Part shown: in pieces, positions 38,507 through 50,665 of the stretch
Layout of the letters: the number at the start of each line of letters is the position of its first letter
Numbering within the stretch: the first letter of the stretch is position 1
Assembly: GCF_963921235.1 (NCBI RefSeq)
Contig: NC_086108.1
Location: forward strand, 97,652,001-97,716,000
DNA length: 64,000 nucleotides
Reading direction: 5' to 3'
From: Mobula hypostoma
Taxonomy: Eukaryota
Notes under the pieces: generated by a model
Told to the model about the DNA's origin: nothing
Databases searched by the model: none
What the model saw: the letters and a program-made list of their open reading frames with translations, nothing else
Position numbers and translations under genes: made by a program

Positions 38507-38754
38507 TGGTTTTTGCTATCATTATGATGCAGAATTCTCTAAGCATTGGATATTAGGGAATGTAAGTTGTGTTTGGACCAATGTGATGCTTCATGGTTTT
38601 ATCCCATCGGTGATGTGAGGTTGCATTAGTCAACCTGCTCGGTATGAGAGGAGCCACAGGCTCGGGTACTTGATGTGCACGCTCAGCTGAAGAACAAGTA
38701 GTGGGAATCTACCATCCATTAGACTACAACTAAGTGTTGAAATCAGAGTCCATG
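38507..38754 (+). pseudogene. Degenerate 28S rRNA-derived fragment (3' part, including the sarcin-ricin loop)
   Basis: Colinear similarity to remembered vertebrate 28S sequence: ctatcattatgatgcagaattc, tagggaatgtaagttgtgtttggacc, cctgctcggtatgagaggagccacagg (versus CCTGCTCAGTACGAGAGGAACCGCAGG), ctaccatc, aatcagagtcc. Confidence 0.8.
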
Positions 38755-39536
38755 CAATGTTCTTCAATATGGGATGACCTCTGTTTGCTGTGAGCGCTCT
38801 CTGGTAAAGAGGAAAAGTAGTTTGATAGCTCAACAATAAATTTAGCTTAAAGTGGAAATGCTTAATTTGTCATGTTAAAATTACCAACGTCTGAGATCAT
38901 CAGTAATACGATAATTCAGTGAAGTAATTCAGGGAGTAAATCAAGTTTCTTTCAAAGACATTGCAAATATTGAAAATGATTTTCATACCTGCCTACATGT
39001 TTGAAAATCACAAAATCTGTGTAGTCTATAGTAGGACCTAGAGACATGAATGAAATTTCAGTATTGAAATCTATAAGGCATAATTTAGTTGAGACACTGA
39101 TCCTGTCATTCCAGCCAGCTGCCTCTCTTCCGTGTCAACATAAGGCCCTGAGCTCTTTCATACTCCCCTTTAGTTAATAGTTCCCTAGGGAACAGCTGGC
39201 TATCTGTGCTTGTGACTCAACTTGTGTCTGACTCTCCATGCACTTTGGAAAATGGAAGTCCTCAGCAAGCTGGATGTTTTCAACGTGGACGTGTGATGAA
39301 GGATATCTGTGGGTATTGATTTGTCCCAGGGTTGGATATCTGTGCAAGCAGGAGGCACGAGGGCCAGTGAGTCGATGATCTCAGTTTGAGATCTGGAGTT
39401 TGGGGTCCCATCCATGGCTAGTCTGGAGATTGAAATCAAAGATTGAAGGTTGATTGGATGACTGGAGGTTGAAGCATGAGGACTGAAGCCTGGAAATAGG
39501 AGAATGGAGACCAGAAGCCTGTCCTGGGGTTAGAGG

Positions 39537-39538
<2 letters not shown>

Positions 39539-39574
<36 letters not shown>

Positions 39575-39590
39575 GGGGGGGGGCGGGGGC
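39539..39590. repeat. (TG)n microsatellite followed by a G-run
   Basis: Read directly from the sequence. Confidence 0.95.
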
Positions 39591-39904
39591 AGGGTGAGGA
39601 AAGGAGCTTGTTTTGTTGTTGACATTGGCTGTGTTCTGTGTGGTTCTGCCAGGCATGTGGGCGTGATATTCTGGCGCCAGAATTTGTGGCAAAACTTGCA
39701 GGCTGTCTCCAGCACATCCTTAGGTTGAGTTGGTTGTTAATGCAAACCACACATTTCACTGTGTGTTTTGATATACTTGTGATAAATAAATGAATCTGAA
39801 TCTGAATTAGAACCTGCTCTCTGGGTCAGGCAGGATCTGTGGAGGGAAACGGGCAGTGAACATTTCGGGTTGACATCCTTCTGGATGGAATTCCAGGGAA
39901 TTAT

Positions 39905-40285
39905 GCAACAAAGAAGCTTGCCCTTTGGCCCCAACTTGACCATCCAGGTAACTGTCTGAATGTCTCTTCAACATTGTTAGTGTACCAGCTTCTACTACTT
40001 CTACTGGCAGCTCATTCCGTACACCCACCACACTCTGTGAAAAGGTCACCTCTCTGATCCCTCACCATCAACATAAGCTGTCTAGTTTTAAACTGTCCAA
40101 CCCTAAAAATAGACTGTAACCATCTATCTTAAATATGCCCCTCTGGATTTTGTATTCCTCTATATGATCATCCCTCAGCTTCCCTCACTCCAAAAGGAAA
40201 ATGGCCTCGGTATTTTCTCGTATCTCAAAACCTTCAGTTCTGCCAGTGTCCTTGTGTATTTTTCCTGCATCCTCTCTAGTTTACC
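39905..40285 (-). mobile_element. Old CR1 3' fragment
   Basis: FSQSVVGVRNELPVEVVEAGT and LERMQEKYTR motifs. Confidence 0.7.
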
Positions 40286-40693
40286 ATTTCTCTCATGGGT
40301 GTGGGACTGGAATCCCCAGATAGACCAGAGATCCAAGGGTACTGATGGTGACAACTTTTCTTTCCTGGTGCAACATCTCAGCAATGGCAAATCTTTTAAC
40401 TTTTGTGACAATCTGACAGGTTCATAGTCAATCTTGTTAACACAAGATTTCTATATTTTAGATTATTTAGAACTGCATTCTCAGACTCCCTGGGGGGATT
40501 TGAAATCGTATTCTCTGTATTGTTAACCAGTCCAATGGTACTTGTACTGGATTGTTTGATGGATCATTTGAGAATAATTCAATTATTGAGATGGAAACAA
40601 AAATTCTCATTTGGCAAAAAGTTCAGACTGAATATGCTAAGAAGTAAATTTGAGCAACTAACATGGCCTGAAAATTCATTCATGCTGGAAAGT

Positions 40694-40802
40694 TGGGCAG
40701 CATGGTAATGTAGCGGTTAGAGCAATTGTTTTACAGCACCAGCAATCACTGTTTGGGTTTGATTCACACCGCTGTCTCTAAGGATTTTGTATGTTCTGCC
40801 TG
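40694..40802 (+). mobile_element. tRNA-derived SINE 5' fragment (V-SINE-like)
   Basis: A-box-like tagcggttag, B-box-like ggtttgattc, then taaggattttgtatgttct. Confidence 0.55.
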
Positions 40803-41432
40803 AACTAGCTAGCATACCCTAGCACTTTCTGTTTTTATTTCAGATTGTAAGCATCTGCAGCTTTTTGCTTGTTTATTTTTATTGTTGCTGATTAAAGAAT
40901 AAACACTGGCCAGAACAGCAAGACGTTTCCGTTACTCCTCATTGAATAGAAATGCTCTGAGTTCTTTGATATTCACTTGACAATGACAGGAGACATCATT
41001 TACGATTGTATCCAAAATCCTGCGCAGAACTCCCTCAGTATTGTACTGCATTTCAGTCCATATTTTTATACTGAAGCCTCAGAATAGCACATGACTCCAA
41101 ATCTTCGACTGAAGAATGGATGGCTTCCTGATAGAACCAGAGAGGAATCAGCATCATAGATCTCTCCACTGGACACATGATGGAAAGGAAATGAAGTATT
41201 TAGTAGAGTGTATAAGTGGTTTCAAATATTCCTGGATACAGTATCTGGTTAAGTATTTACTGAAATAATTTCTCATAGTTTTGAATTTAAGTCACTCTGT
41301 TGTCAATCTAATACCATGAAACAATATGTAGAGGCCATTTCACCTTTGTTGCCTTCACTATCTCTATCCCCAAAGCCTTGTCCGTCATTTTCCCCATTCA
41401 GGTAAACATTCAGTTCCATTTTGAAAATCACT

Positions 41433-41693
41433 GTTGATGGTTGGGTTGAGTTGTTCTCGGATGTTGGCAATTTATTTGCAAACATTTTGAAACCATACGA
41501 GGAGACATCGTCAGTATACTGCTGATTGTGATATGTCCTCTGAATGCTTGGCCAAGGACACATCACACTCAACAGCATATTGACAATGTCTCCTTGCATG
41601 GTGACAAAATGTTTGCAAGTAAATTGCCAAGATTGGACAACAACTCAACCCAACCATCAACGACCCGAGCTACACATCTTCCGAATTATCTCC
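41433..41693 (+). mobile_element. PLE fold-back insertion (third family) with decayed hammerheads and 7-bp TSD
   Basis: Arms 41433-41539 and 41555-41661 are inverted; tail 41662-41693; TSD aatcact at 41426-41432 and 41694-41700; CTGACGA core on the minus strand at 41508-41514. Confidence 0.75.
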
Positions 41694-43994
41694 AATCACT
41701 ACTAAATCCATTTCCCTGAACATCTTCTGACAGAGTGTTCAAATCACATCAGTTCACCGTCTAAAAATCATCTCTCCCATTTTACCAATTATCTTAAATC
41801 TGTGGCCCTGGTTACTGACCCTTTTACTGCACCACCCATGATTTGAGTGATAACATTTTTCTGTATTTCATTTTCTATAAAAATATTGAGTGATCATAAA
41901 ATATTAAAAAAGTACAGGGAAAATAAACCAAATGTAGGCAATAATATGCCAGGTTCTCTGGAGTAGTGCAAAGAGGTTTTCAGCTGTGATTCCCTGGGCT
42001 GCAAGAAAGGAGAAAATTTTATTCATGTTGACATATGGATTATTTCCTCAGTGATATATGGAATGACTTTACAGTGTTGTACCAACTAACAGATGAATGT
42101 AAATTCCTACATCTGGCCATTCTTTTAAATGATGCAAAAATCTCTGTAAAAATGTGGATTATATCTATGCTTGCAATGAAATAAGATTTGGACAAGAAAT
42201 TTGATTTTTTTAAATCTATATTTATTAATTTTAAAATTACGAGTCAATGCAGCATCACCCATCAGGATGAGTCAGATATGTCTTCATAATCACAGGCTTG
42301 TCTCCCCCGCTTTCAGCAGCAGAGCTGCAGGCAAGTTAAAAGTAAATGTGTTCCTTCCTGCTTGAAGGTCCCGGACTTCAGTGGGCACCAAGGTGTTCTC
42401 AAGAGTGGTCACGTTCATTTAATGAGTGCTTTACCGTAAAATATCACTTTGTGTCACCAGTGCCATCTTGGAACTTTTTTTTAACCAGCTATGAATTCCC
42501 TGTTGAAACGTTTTTGACCACAGGATACCTCTGTGCCAGGTTGTAATGGCACATTGCTAAAACCACTTTCTCGCTCAGAAGACCTGACTTAATCAATGGG
42601 TAAGTAACTTTTAAGATCCAGATCTATGCTGTATTGATATTTTTACTAGAAGAGAATCAATGTAGGCAGAATGGAACATCTCAGCAGGCTTTTTAAATTG
42701 TAGCTTTTGGACTGTGAAAAGTAAGTTAATTGATTAAATGAGTAACATAATTGGAAATAAGCCATGCAAATCTGTTCTTCCTTTCACTGAGTTAAGAAGC
42801 TGTTCCATTTCCACACCAATATAAGCTTGGTGTTTATAGTTTAATTTGGATGAAGCTGATTAAACAGGCAATGATAAATCTAAATTGAAAATTGTGCCTT
42901 TATCCTACAAGGATGTTTTGGTTCCTGTGTTTCCTTCCTTGAACTGAACTCATCTTTTAACTGGATATACCTATGAAGTAATTACTCCATGATAGACCAC
43001 GCCAAACTGTTAATCTGCCTCGCCCTTGTTCCATAGCCCTCCATCTCTCTTCTGTCTATGTGTCCAAATCCAGCTGTTATTTTTCCTGGGTTGCCAAAAT
43101 TAGGAAAAGGTCCAATCATAAATGATGTTCCCAAAAATGATGAGGACTTCAGTAACCTCATGTTCCGCCTTATGTTGTGACCTGTGGTGGTCATGCTGAA
43201 ACTCGAGTCCTTTAAGACGCGCTTGGTTCCCGTCAGTATAGTCTCCAGTAGCTTGGGTTGCTGACAGAACAGATGTGAGTAATTGCAAACAGCTGTAAAG
43301 TATTACTCATCTTGCTAATCAAAATGACTTTCTGCTAAATAAACCATGAAAAAAAGCTTTTCCACCATCAGTTCACTGAAGTAGAAATGATACAGACTGC
43401 GAAGAGTCCACCACGGTAGATTAATCAGGATTCAGTATTTTTTCCCCTATAACCAGCACTTTACGTGTTAGTGCATATCTTAACTTTAAAAGGATTTATA
43501 GAAATGTGTCTGATTCACTGGTTCTCAATGAAACTATGGCAGAAAATCTCCTGAAAGTATAACTACTGTCAAAGACTGATGAAACTGAGGCATAGGGGTC
43601 GTACAGCACTCCAGCACAGAAACATCTTCGCCATTTAGACCAGGCCAAACTGTTCTTCCACCTCGCAACTGTCCCATGTCCTCCCATCCCTCTGTCCATG
43701 TGTCCAGATACTTACCCTATCTTCTCTTAACTTTCAAAATCAAACTCACATCCATCCACTTCCACTAGCAACTTGTTCCATACTTGCAGCATCTTCCGAG
43801 TGAAGAAATTACCCTCAAGTCCCCCATAAATATTTCACCTTTCATCCTTAACCTATGATCTGTAGCTCCAGTTTCACCTAATTGCTGTGGCTGCTTAACA
43901 AGATAACATCCCATGGCATACAGGAAAGATACTGGCATGGATAGAGGAATGGCTGTCAGGCAGGATGCAGCGAGTGGGAATAAAGGGGGCCTTT

Positions 43995-46003
43995 TAAGAC
44001 CATAGATATAGGAGCAGAAGTAGGCCATTCAGCCCATTGAGTCTGCTCCGCCATTCAATCATGGGCTGATCCAATTTTTCCAGTCATTGCCACTCCCCTG
44101 CCTTCTCCCCATACCCTTTGAGCTCTGGCTAATCAAGAAACTATCTATTTCTGCCTTAAATGCACCCAGTGACTTGGCCTCCACAGCCACTCATGGCAAC
44201 AAATTCCACAGGTTTACCATCCTCTGACTAAAGTAATTTTTCAGCATCTCTGTTCTAAAAGGACGTCCTTCAATCCTGAAGTCATACCTTCTTGTCCTAG
44301 ACTCCCCTACCATGGGAAATAACTTAGCCATGTATAATCTGTTCAGGCCTCTTAACATTTGGAATGTTTCTATGAGATTCCCCCTCATTCTCCTGAACTC
44401 CAGGGAAATCAGCCAGATGTTCCTCATACGGTAACCTTTTCATTCCTGGAATTATTCTCGTGAATCTTCTCTGAACCCTCTCCAATGTCAGTATATCCTT
44501 TCTAAAATAAGGAGCCCAAAACTGCACACAATACTCCAAGTGTGGTCTCGCGAGTGCCTTATAGAGCCTCAATATCACATCCCTGCTCTTATATTCTATA
44601 CCTCTAGAAATGAATGCCAACATTGCATTCGCCTTCTTCATCACCTGCTCAACCTGGAGGTTAACCTTTACGGTATCTTGCACAAGGACTCCCAAGTCCC
44701 TTTGCGTCTCTGCAGTTTGAATTATCTCCCCATCTAAATAATAGTCTGCCCATTTACTTCTTCCACCAAAGTACATGGCCATACACTTTCCAACATTGCA
44801 TTTCATTTGCCACTTCTTTGCCCATTCCCCTAAATTATCTCAGTCTCCCTGCAGGCTCTCCATTTCCTCAACACTACCCGCTCCTCCACCTATCTTTGTA
44901 AAATCGGCAAATTTAGCCACAAATCCATTTATCCCATAGTCCAAATCATTGACATACATCGTAAAAAGCAGCGGACCCAACACTGACCCCGTGGAACTCC
45001 ACTGATAACCGACAGCCAGCCAGAATAGAATCCCTTTATTCCCACTCTGTTTTCTGCTGATCAGCCAATACTCCACCCACGCTAGTAACTTCCCTGTAAT
45101 TCCACGGGCTCTTATCTTGCTACGCAGCCTCTATTGTGGCACCTTATCAAAAGCCTTCTGAAAATCCAAGTACACCACATCTACTACATCTCCTTTGTCT
45201 ACCCTGCTTGTAATTTCCTCAAAAGATTGCAGTAGGTTAGTCAGGTAGGATTTTCCTTTCAAGAAACCATGCTGGCTCTGGCCTATCTTGTCATGTGCCT
45301 CCAGGTACTCCATAATCTCATCCTAACAGTTGATTCCAACAACTTCCCAACCACTGATGTCAGGCTAACAGGTCTATAGTTTCCTTTCTGCTGCCTCCCA
45401 CCCTTCTTAAACAGCGGAGTAACATTTGCAATTTTCCGTTCATCTGGTACAATGCCAGAATCTATCGATTCTTGAAAGGTCATTGTTAATGCCTCTGCAA
45501 TCTCTCCAGCTATGTCCTTCAGAACCTGAGGGTGCATCTCTCTCATTATCTAATTTTTTGATCCTTTCATAAGCTTTTCTTTTCTTCTTGACTAGATTTT
45601 CAACAGCCTTTTTACACACTGGTTCCTGTACCCTACCATCTTTTCCCTGTCTGATTGGAACATACCTCTGCAGAATGCCACGCAAATATCCCTGGAACAT
45701 TTTCTACATTTCTGCCATAGATTTCCTTGAGAACATCTGCTCCCAATTTATGCTTCCAAGTTCCTGCCTGATAGCTTCATATTTCCCCTTACTCCAATTA
45801 AACATTTTCCTAACTTGTCTGCTCTCTATCCCTCTCCAATGCTATGGTAAAGGAGATAGAATTGTGATCACTATCTCCAAAATGCTCTCCCACTGAGAGA
45901 TCTAACACCTGACCAGGTTCATTTCCCAACACCAGATCAAGTACAGCCTCTTCTCTTGGAAGCTTATCTACATAGTGTGTCAAGAAACCTTCCTGAACAC
46001 ACT
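43995..46003 (-). mobile_element. CR1 ORF2 remnant(s) with an internal junction near 45540
   Basis: ORFs 44191-45546 carry consecutive RT motifs ([25 protein letters not shown]). 45541-46003 jumps to an upstream ORF2 region. Confidence 0.85.
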
Positions 46004-46122
46004 GGAGCTGTTCGATTCAATATTGAGTTCTGAATGCTACAACATGTATCATTGTATCATTTCTTAATGCATGCATTACTAAATGACAATAAAAGAGGAC
46101 TGCGTGTCCTCAGTCTATAATC

Positions 46123-46892
46123 TATATAACCATATAACCATATAACAATTACAGCACGGAAACAGGCCATCTCGGCCCTTTTGGTCCATGCCGAACTCTT
46201 ACTCTCACCTAGTCCCACCGACCTGCACTCAGCCCATAACCCTCCATTCCGTTCCTGTCCATATATCTATCCAACTTAACTTTAAACGACAACATCGAAC
46301 CTGCCTCAACCACTTCTGCTGGAAGCTCGTTCCACACAGCCACCACTCTCTGAGTAAAGACGTTCCCCCTCATGTTACCCCTAAACTTTTGCCCTTTAAC
46401 TCTTAACTCATAACTCATGTCCTCTTGTTTGAATCTCCCCCATTCTCAATGGAAAAAGCCTATCCACATCAACTTTATCAATCCCCCTCATAATTTTAAA
46501 CACCTCTATCAAGTCCCCCTCAACCTTCTACCCTCCAAAGAATAAAGACCTAACTTGGTCAACCTTTCTCTGTAACTTAGGAGATGAAACCCAGGCAACA
46601 TTTTCGTAAATCTCCTCTGTACTCTCTCAATTTTATTGACATCTTTCCTATAATTCGGTGACCAGATCTGTACACAATGCTCCAAATTTGGCCTTACCAA
46701 TGCCTTATACAATTTCTATATTACATCTCAACTCCTATACTCAATGCTCTGATTAATAAAGGCCAGCATACCAAAAGCTTTCTTCACTACTCTATCCACA
46801 TGAGATTCCACCCTCAGGGAACTATGCAGCATTATTCCTAGATCCCTCTGTTCTACTGCATTCTTCAATGCCCTACCATTTACCATGTATGT
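46123..46892 (-). mobile_element. Young CR1 3' part
   Basis: YKALVRPNLEHCVQIWSP, FTQRVVAVWNELPAEVVEAG; (ATATAACC)n tail on the + strand. Confidence 0.85.
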
Positions 46893-47734
46893 CTACACAA
46901 AATAGGTGATGCTTTTCTGATAGTCCACATTACAGCAGAGGAGGCAATGGATGTCTTAAATGGTCTAAATGTAGACAAATTTCCAAGGCATGACCAGGTT
47001 TATCTAAGAACACAGCAGGAGCTAGAGAAGAAATTGTGGGAGTCCTCGTGAGATATTTGCATTATCGAAAGCCAGTACATTTGGGGGTAGCAAAAGTTGT
47101 GCCTTTAGTTAAGAACAGAAGCAAAGAGAAGTCTGGGAATTATAGACCAGTAAGTCTAATATTTATTGTAGGTAAGATACTGAAGAGCATTCTGAGGGAC
47201 AAGATATACATACATCTGGAAAGACAGGGCTTGATTATTGCATAATCACGGCTTTGTGCATGAGAGATCATGTCCTACAAATTTGATTGAGGTTTTTGAT
47301 GATGTGACCAGAAAGTTTGATGAGGGCAGGGTGGTGGATGTGGTTTATATGGACTTCAGAAAGACCTTAGATAAATTTTCACATGATTGGCTGCAGTGGA
47401 CCATTAGATGGCATGGAATCCAGGGAGAGCCAGCTAACTTGAATACACATTTGGCATGGTGATAGAAAGCAGAAGGTGAGAGTGACAGATAGTTTCTTGG
47501 ACTAGAAGACCATGACTCGTGATGTGTCGCAGGACTCAGTTCTCCTCCCATTATTGTCATCTATATCAATGATTTGGACAAGAATGTACAGGATATGGTC
47601 AGTAAGTCTGCAGATGACAGTAAAATAGTGGATAGTGAAAACAGTTACCAACGATTACAAGGGGATTTTGATCAGCTGAGTAAATTGGTCAAGGAATGAC
47701 AAATGGATATTAATTCAGATAAGTGCAAAGTGTT

Positions 47735-47960
47735 ACACATCAAAGTTGCTAGTGAACGCAGCAGGCCAGGCAGCATCTCTAGGAAGAGGTACAGTCGACG
47801 TTTCAGGCCAAGACCCTTCGTCAGGACTGACGGGTCTTGGCCTGAAACGTCGACTGTACCTCTTCCTAGAGATGCTGCCTGGCCTGCTGCGTTCACCAGC
47901 AACCTTGACGCGTGTTGCTTGAATTTCCAGCATCTGCAGAATTCCTCGTGTTTGCGTTTT
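47735..47960 (+). mobile_element. PLE fold-back insertion with perfect 15-bp TSD
   Basis: TSD taagtgcaaagtgtt at 47720-47734 and 47961-47975; arms 47735-47816 and 47832-47913; tail 47914-47960. Confidence 0.88.
47793..47828 (-). ncRNA. Minimal type I hammerhead ribozyme motif
   Basis: Minus strand: AGUC-CUGACGA-A-GGGU(CUUG)GCCU-GAAAC-GUC-GACU. Confidence 0.78.
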
Positions 47961-48399
47961 TAAGTGCAAAGTGTTGCATTTTAGCAATCAAATCCAAGCA
48001 GGACTTTCACAGTGAATGGCAGGGCCCTGGGAAGTGTTGCAGGACAGGGGGACCTTGGAGTACAACTACATGATTTACTGAAAGTGAAGTCACGGGTAGA
48101 CAGGGTAGTGAAGAAGGCTTTCGGTAAGCTGGCACAGAAATTAAAGTTGGGAGGTGATGTTGTGGTTTTTCAAGACACTGGTGAGGTCATACTTGGAGTA
48201 TTGTGTTCAGTTTCTGTTGTCCTGTTGCAGGAAAGATGTTATTAAACTGGAAAGAGTGTAGAAAAGATTTAAAAGGATGTGGCAGAGATTGAGGGACTGA
48301 ATTATGTTATAGGGAGAGTTTGGACAGCTAGGACATTATTCCTTGGGGTGTAGGGACTGAGAGGTGATCTCATAGAGGTGTATAAAATCACGAGGAGCA

Positions 48400-48948
48400 T
48401 GTTGGTCAGGGTTGACTATGGATATTGCATCCTAGCTGTCTATGTGATACACAAGCCAGGGCAGTACGACATGGAGAGCAAACTGTTGCCCATGCAGCAG
48501 GCCCCCCTCTCCACGCAGCTGATGAATCCAAACGAACGGCAGAGGTTGACACCACTTGCCACCAGCAGCATCACAGCAGTTACCAGTCAGCGCTGAACAC
48601 GATATAGAACTGCCTTAGGGACTCCCGCTCCATATTTCTCCCCGAAACTTTCCCTGTGAGTGGGTATAGCCATGAGGTAGAGGAGGTTTATGATCAGAGT
48701 TTTCCTTACAGCTGAGCTGCCAACCACAGCTGATGATCCCCATCTGCCCAGCGTGACTGGATTTAAGGTAGGGGTACCCCGCCTTTCCCCTGTCAGTAGA
48801 AACGGTTGTGCCGGGTTTAGTAGCTAAGCCATACATGAAGGCCAGGAGCAGGATTTAGTTGCCAGAGGCTGTTTGAGACGTGCACCATTGAGACCATTTA
48901 ATAGGTAGTGAGAGTTCCCTCCCCCAGCTAGGACAACCTTAAGGAACC
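48400..48948 (-). mobile_element. Non-autonomous retroposon (probably RTE-derived), second copy
   Basis: Homologous to 25352-25895; inserted in CR1 with a degenerate TSD (cgaggagca / tgaggggca). Confidence 0.65.
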
Positions 48949-49134
48949 TGAGGGGCAGAGACAGGGTGAATACTATAGAAAGGAAATGGGAATTAAGAAC
49001 CAACGGACATTGGTAATCGATATCACAACATTAAAACAGTTCCTTTAGCCTACCCAGTCCAAGCCAACCTGACCTTCTACCCAGTCCCACCTACCTGCAC
49101 CCTGATCATATCCCTCAAAATCCCTTACATCCAT

Positions 49135-49427
49135 AGAAACATAGAAAATAGGTGCAGGAGTAGGCCATTCGGCCCTTCGAGCCTGCACTGCCATTCAGTA
49201 TGATCATGGCTGATCATCCAGCTCAGAACCCTATACCTGCCTTCTCTCCATACCCCGTGATCCCTTTAGCCACAAGGGCCATATCTAACTCCCTCTTAAA
49301 TATAGCCAATGAACTGGCCTCAACTGTTTCCTGTGGCAGAGAATTCCACAGATTCACCACTCTCTGTGAGAAGAAGTTTTTCCTCATCTCAGTCCTAAAA
49401 GACTTCCCCTTTATCCTCAAACTGTGA
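49135..49427 (-). mobile_element. Young CR1 3' end
   Basis: Near-identical to 15500-15797; (ATAGAAAC)-type tail. Confidence 0.85.
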
Positions 49428-49544
49428 CTGGATCCGTGTACCTATCCAAACTTCTCTTAAACATTACAAGGTTTGAAGTGATAGGAGAAAGCTTTAATAG
49501 GATGTTAAGGACAACTTTTTTTGCACAAAGAGTGCAGTTATTGC

Positions 49545-50665
49545 AGGAAAGATTTTAGCACAGATAAACCAGTGGCTGACTGGCAAGAGGCAAAGAGTAG
49601 GAATAAAGGGAGCCTATTCTGGCTGGCTGCTGGTGACTGATGATGTTCCACAGGGGTTTGTGTTGGGACCGATTCTTTTTATGTCAATGATTTGGATGAT
49701 GGAATTACAAACAAGAGAAAATCTGCAGATACTGGAAATCCAAGCAACACCCACAAAATGCTAGAGCAACTCTTTGTAGCAAAGTGTGCACATGATATGA
49801 AGATAGATGGAGGGGCAGATAGTTTTGAGGAAGAAGAGAGGCTACAGAAGGACAAACAGATTAGGAAATGGCAGATGGAATACATTTGGTGGAAGAAATA
49901 AAAGGGGTGACTATTTTCTAAATGGAGAGAAAATACAGAAAACTGAAATGCAAAGGGACTTGGGAGGCCTAGTGCAGGATTCTCTAAAGACTAATTTGCA
50001 GGTCTGTGGTGAAAAAGTTAAATGCAATGTTAGCATTCATTTCAAGAGGACTAGAGTATAAAAGCAAGGATATAATGTTGAAACTTTGCAAGACATTGGT
50101 GAGGCTCACTTGCAGTAATGTAAGCAGGTTTGGGCCCCTTATGTTAGAAAGGATGTGCTGAAACTGGAGAGGGTTCAAAGGAGGTTCATTAAAATGATCC
50201 CAGGATTGAATGGCTTGTCATATGAAGAGTGTTTGATTGCTCTGGGCCTGTATTCACGAGTATTCAGAAGAATGAGGGGCGACCTCAATGAAACCATTTA
50301 AATGGTGAAAGGCCTTGATAGAGTGGATGTGGAGTGGAAGTTTCCTATGATGGGAAAGTCTAAGGCCAAGGATACAGCCTCAGAATAGAGGGGTGTCCTT
50401 TTAAAATGGAGACGAGGAGGAATTTCTTTAGCCAGAGGAGAGTGGTGAATCTGTGGAATTCCCTGCCACAGGCAGCTGTGGAGACCAAGTCTTTGTGTAT
50501 ATTTAAGGCAGAGATGATAGAAGTGTTTGGTCAGGGCATAAAGGGATATGGGGAGAAGGCACGAGATTGGAGCTGAGGGGAAAATTGGATAATGAAATAG
50601 TGGTGCAGACTCAATGGGCCAAGTGGCCTAATTCTGCTCCTATATCTTATGATCTTATGGTCTTG
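49545..50665 (+). mobile_element. CR1 ORF2 3' part, degenerate, with a short PLE end inserted at about 49707-49770
   Basis: VPQG.VLGP.LF, LERVQRRF.KMIPG, VVNLWNSLPQAAVE and tail. Confidence 0.8.

Larger units (their letters stand above)
46920..49545 (+). mobile_element. CR1 ORF2 remnant hosting nested insertions
   Basis: GNYRPVSL, HGFV..RSC.TNLIE.FD, VYMDF.K, DKCKVLHF (split by the PLE), YKI.R (split by the retroposon). Confidence 0.8.

Noticed and set aside
38507..38754. Functional rRNA gene
   Set aside because: Short, heavily substituted and internally deleted, with no surrounding rDNA unit.
43137..43199. C/D-box snoRNA (ATGATGA ... CTGA)
   Set aside because: No terminal stem, no clear C'/D' boxes and no rRNA-complementary guide that I could recognise.
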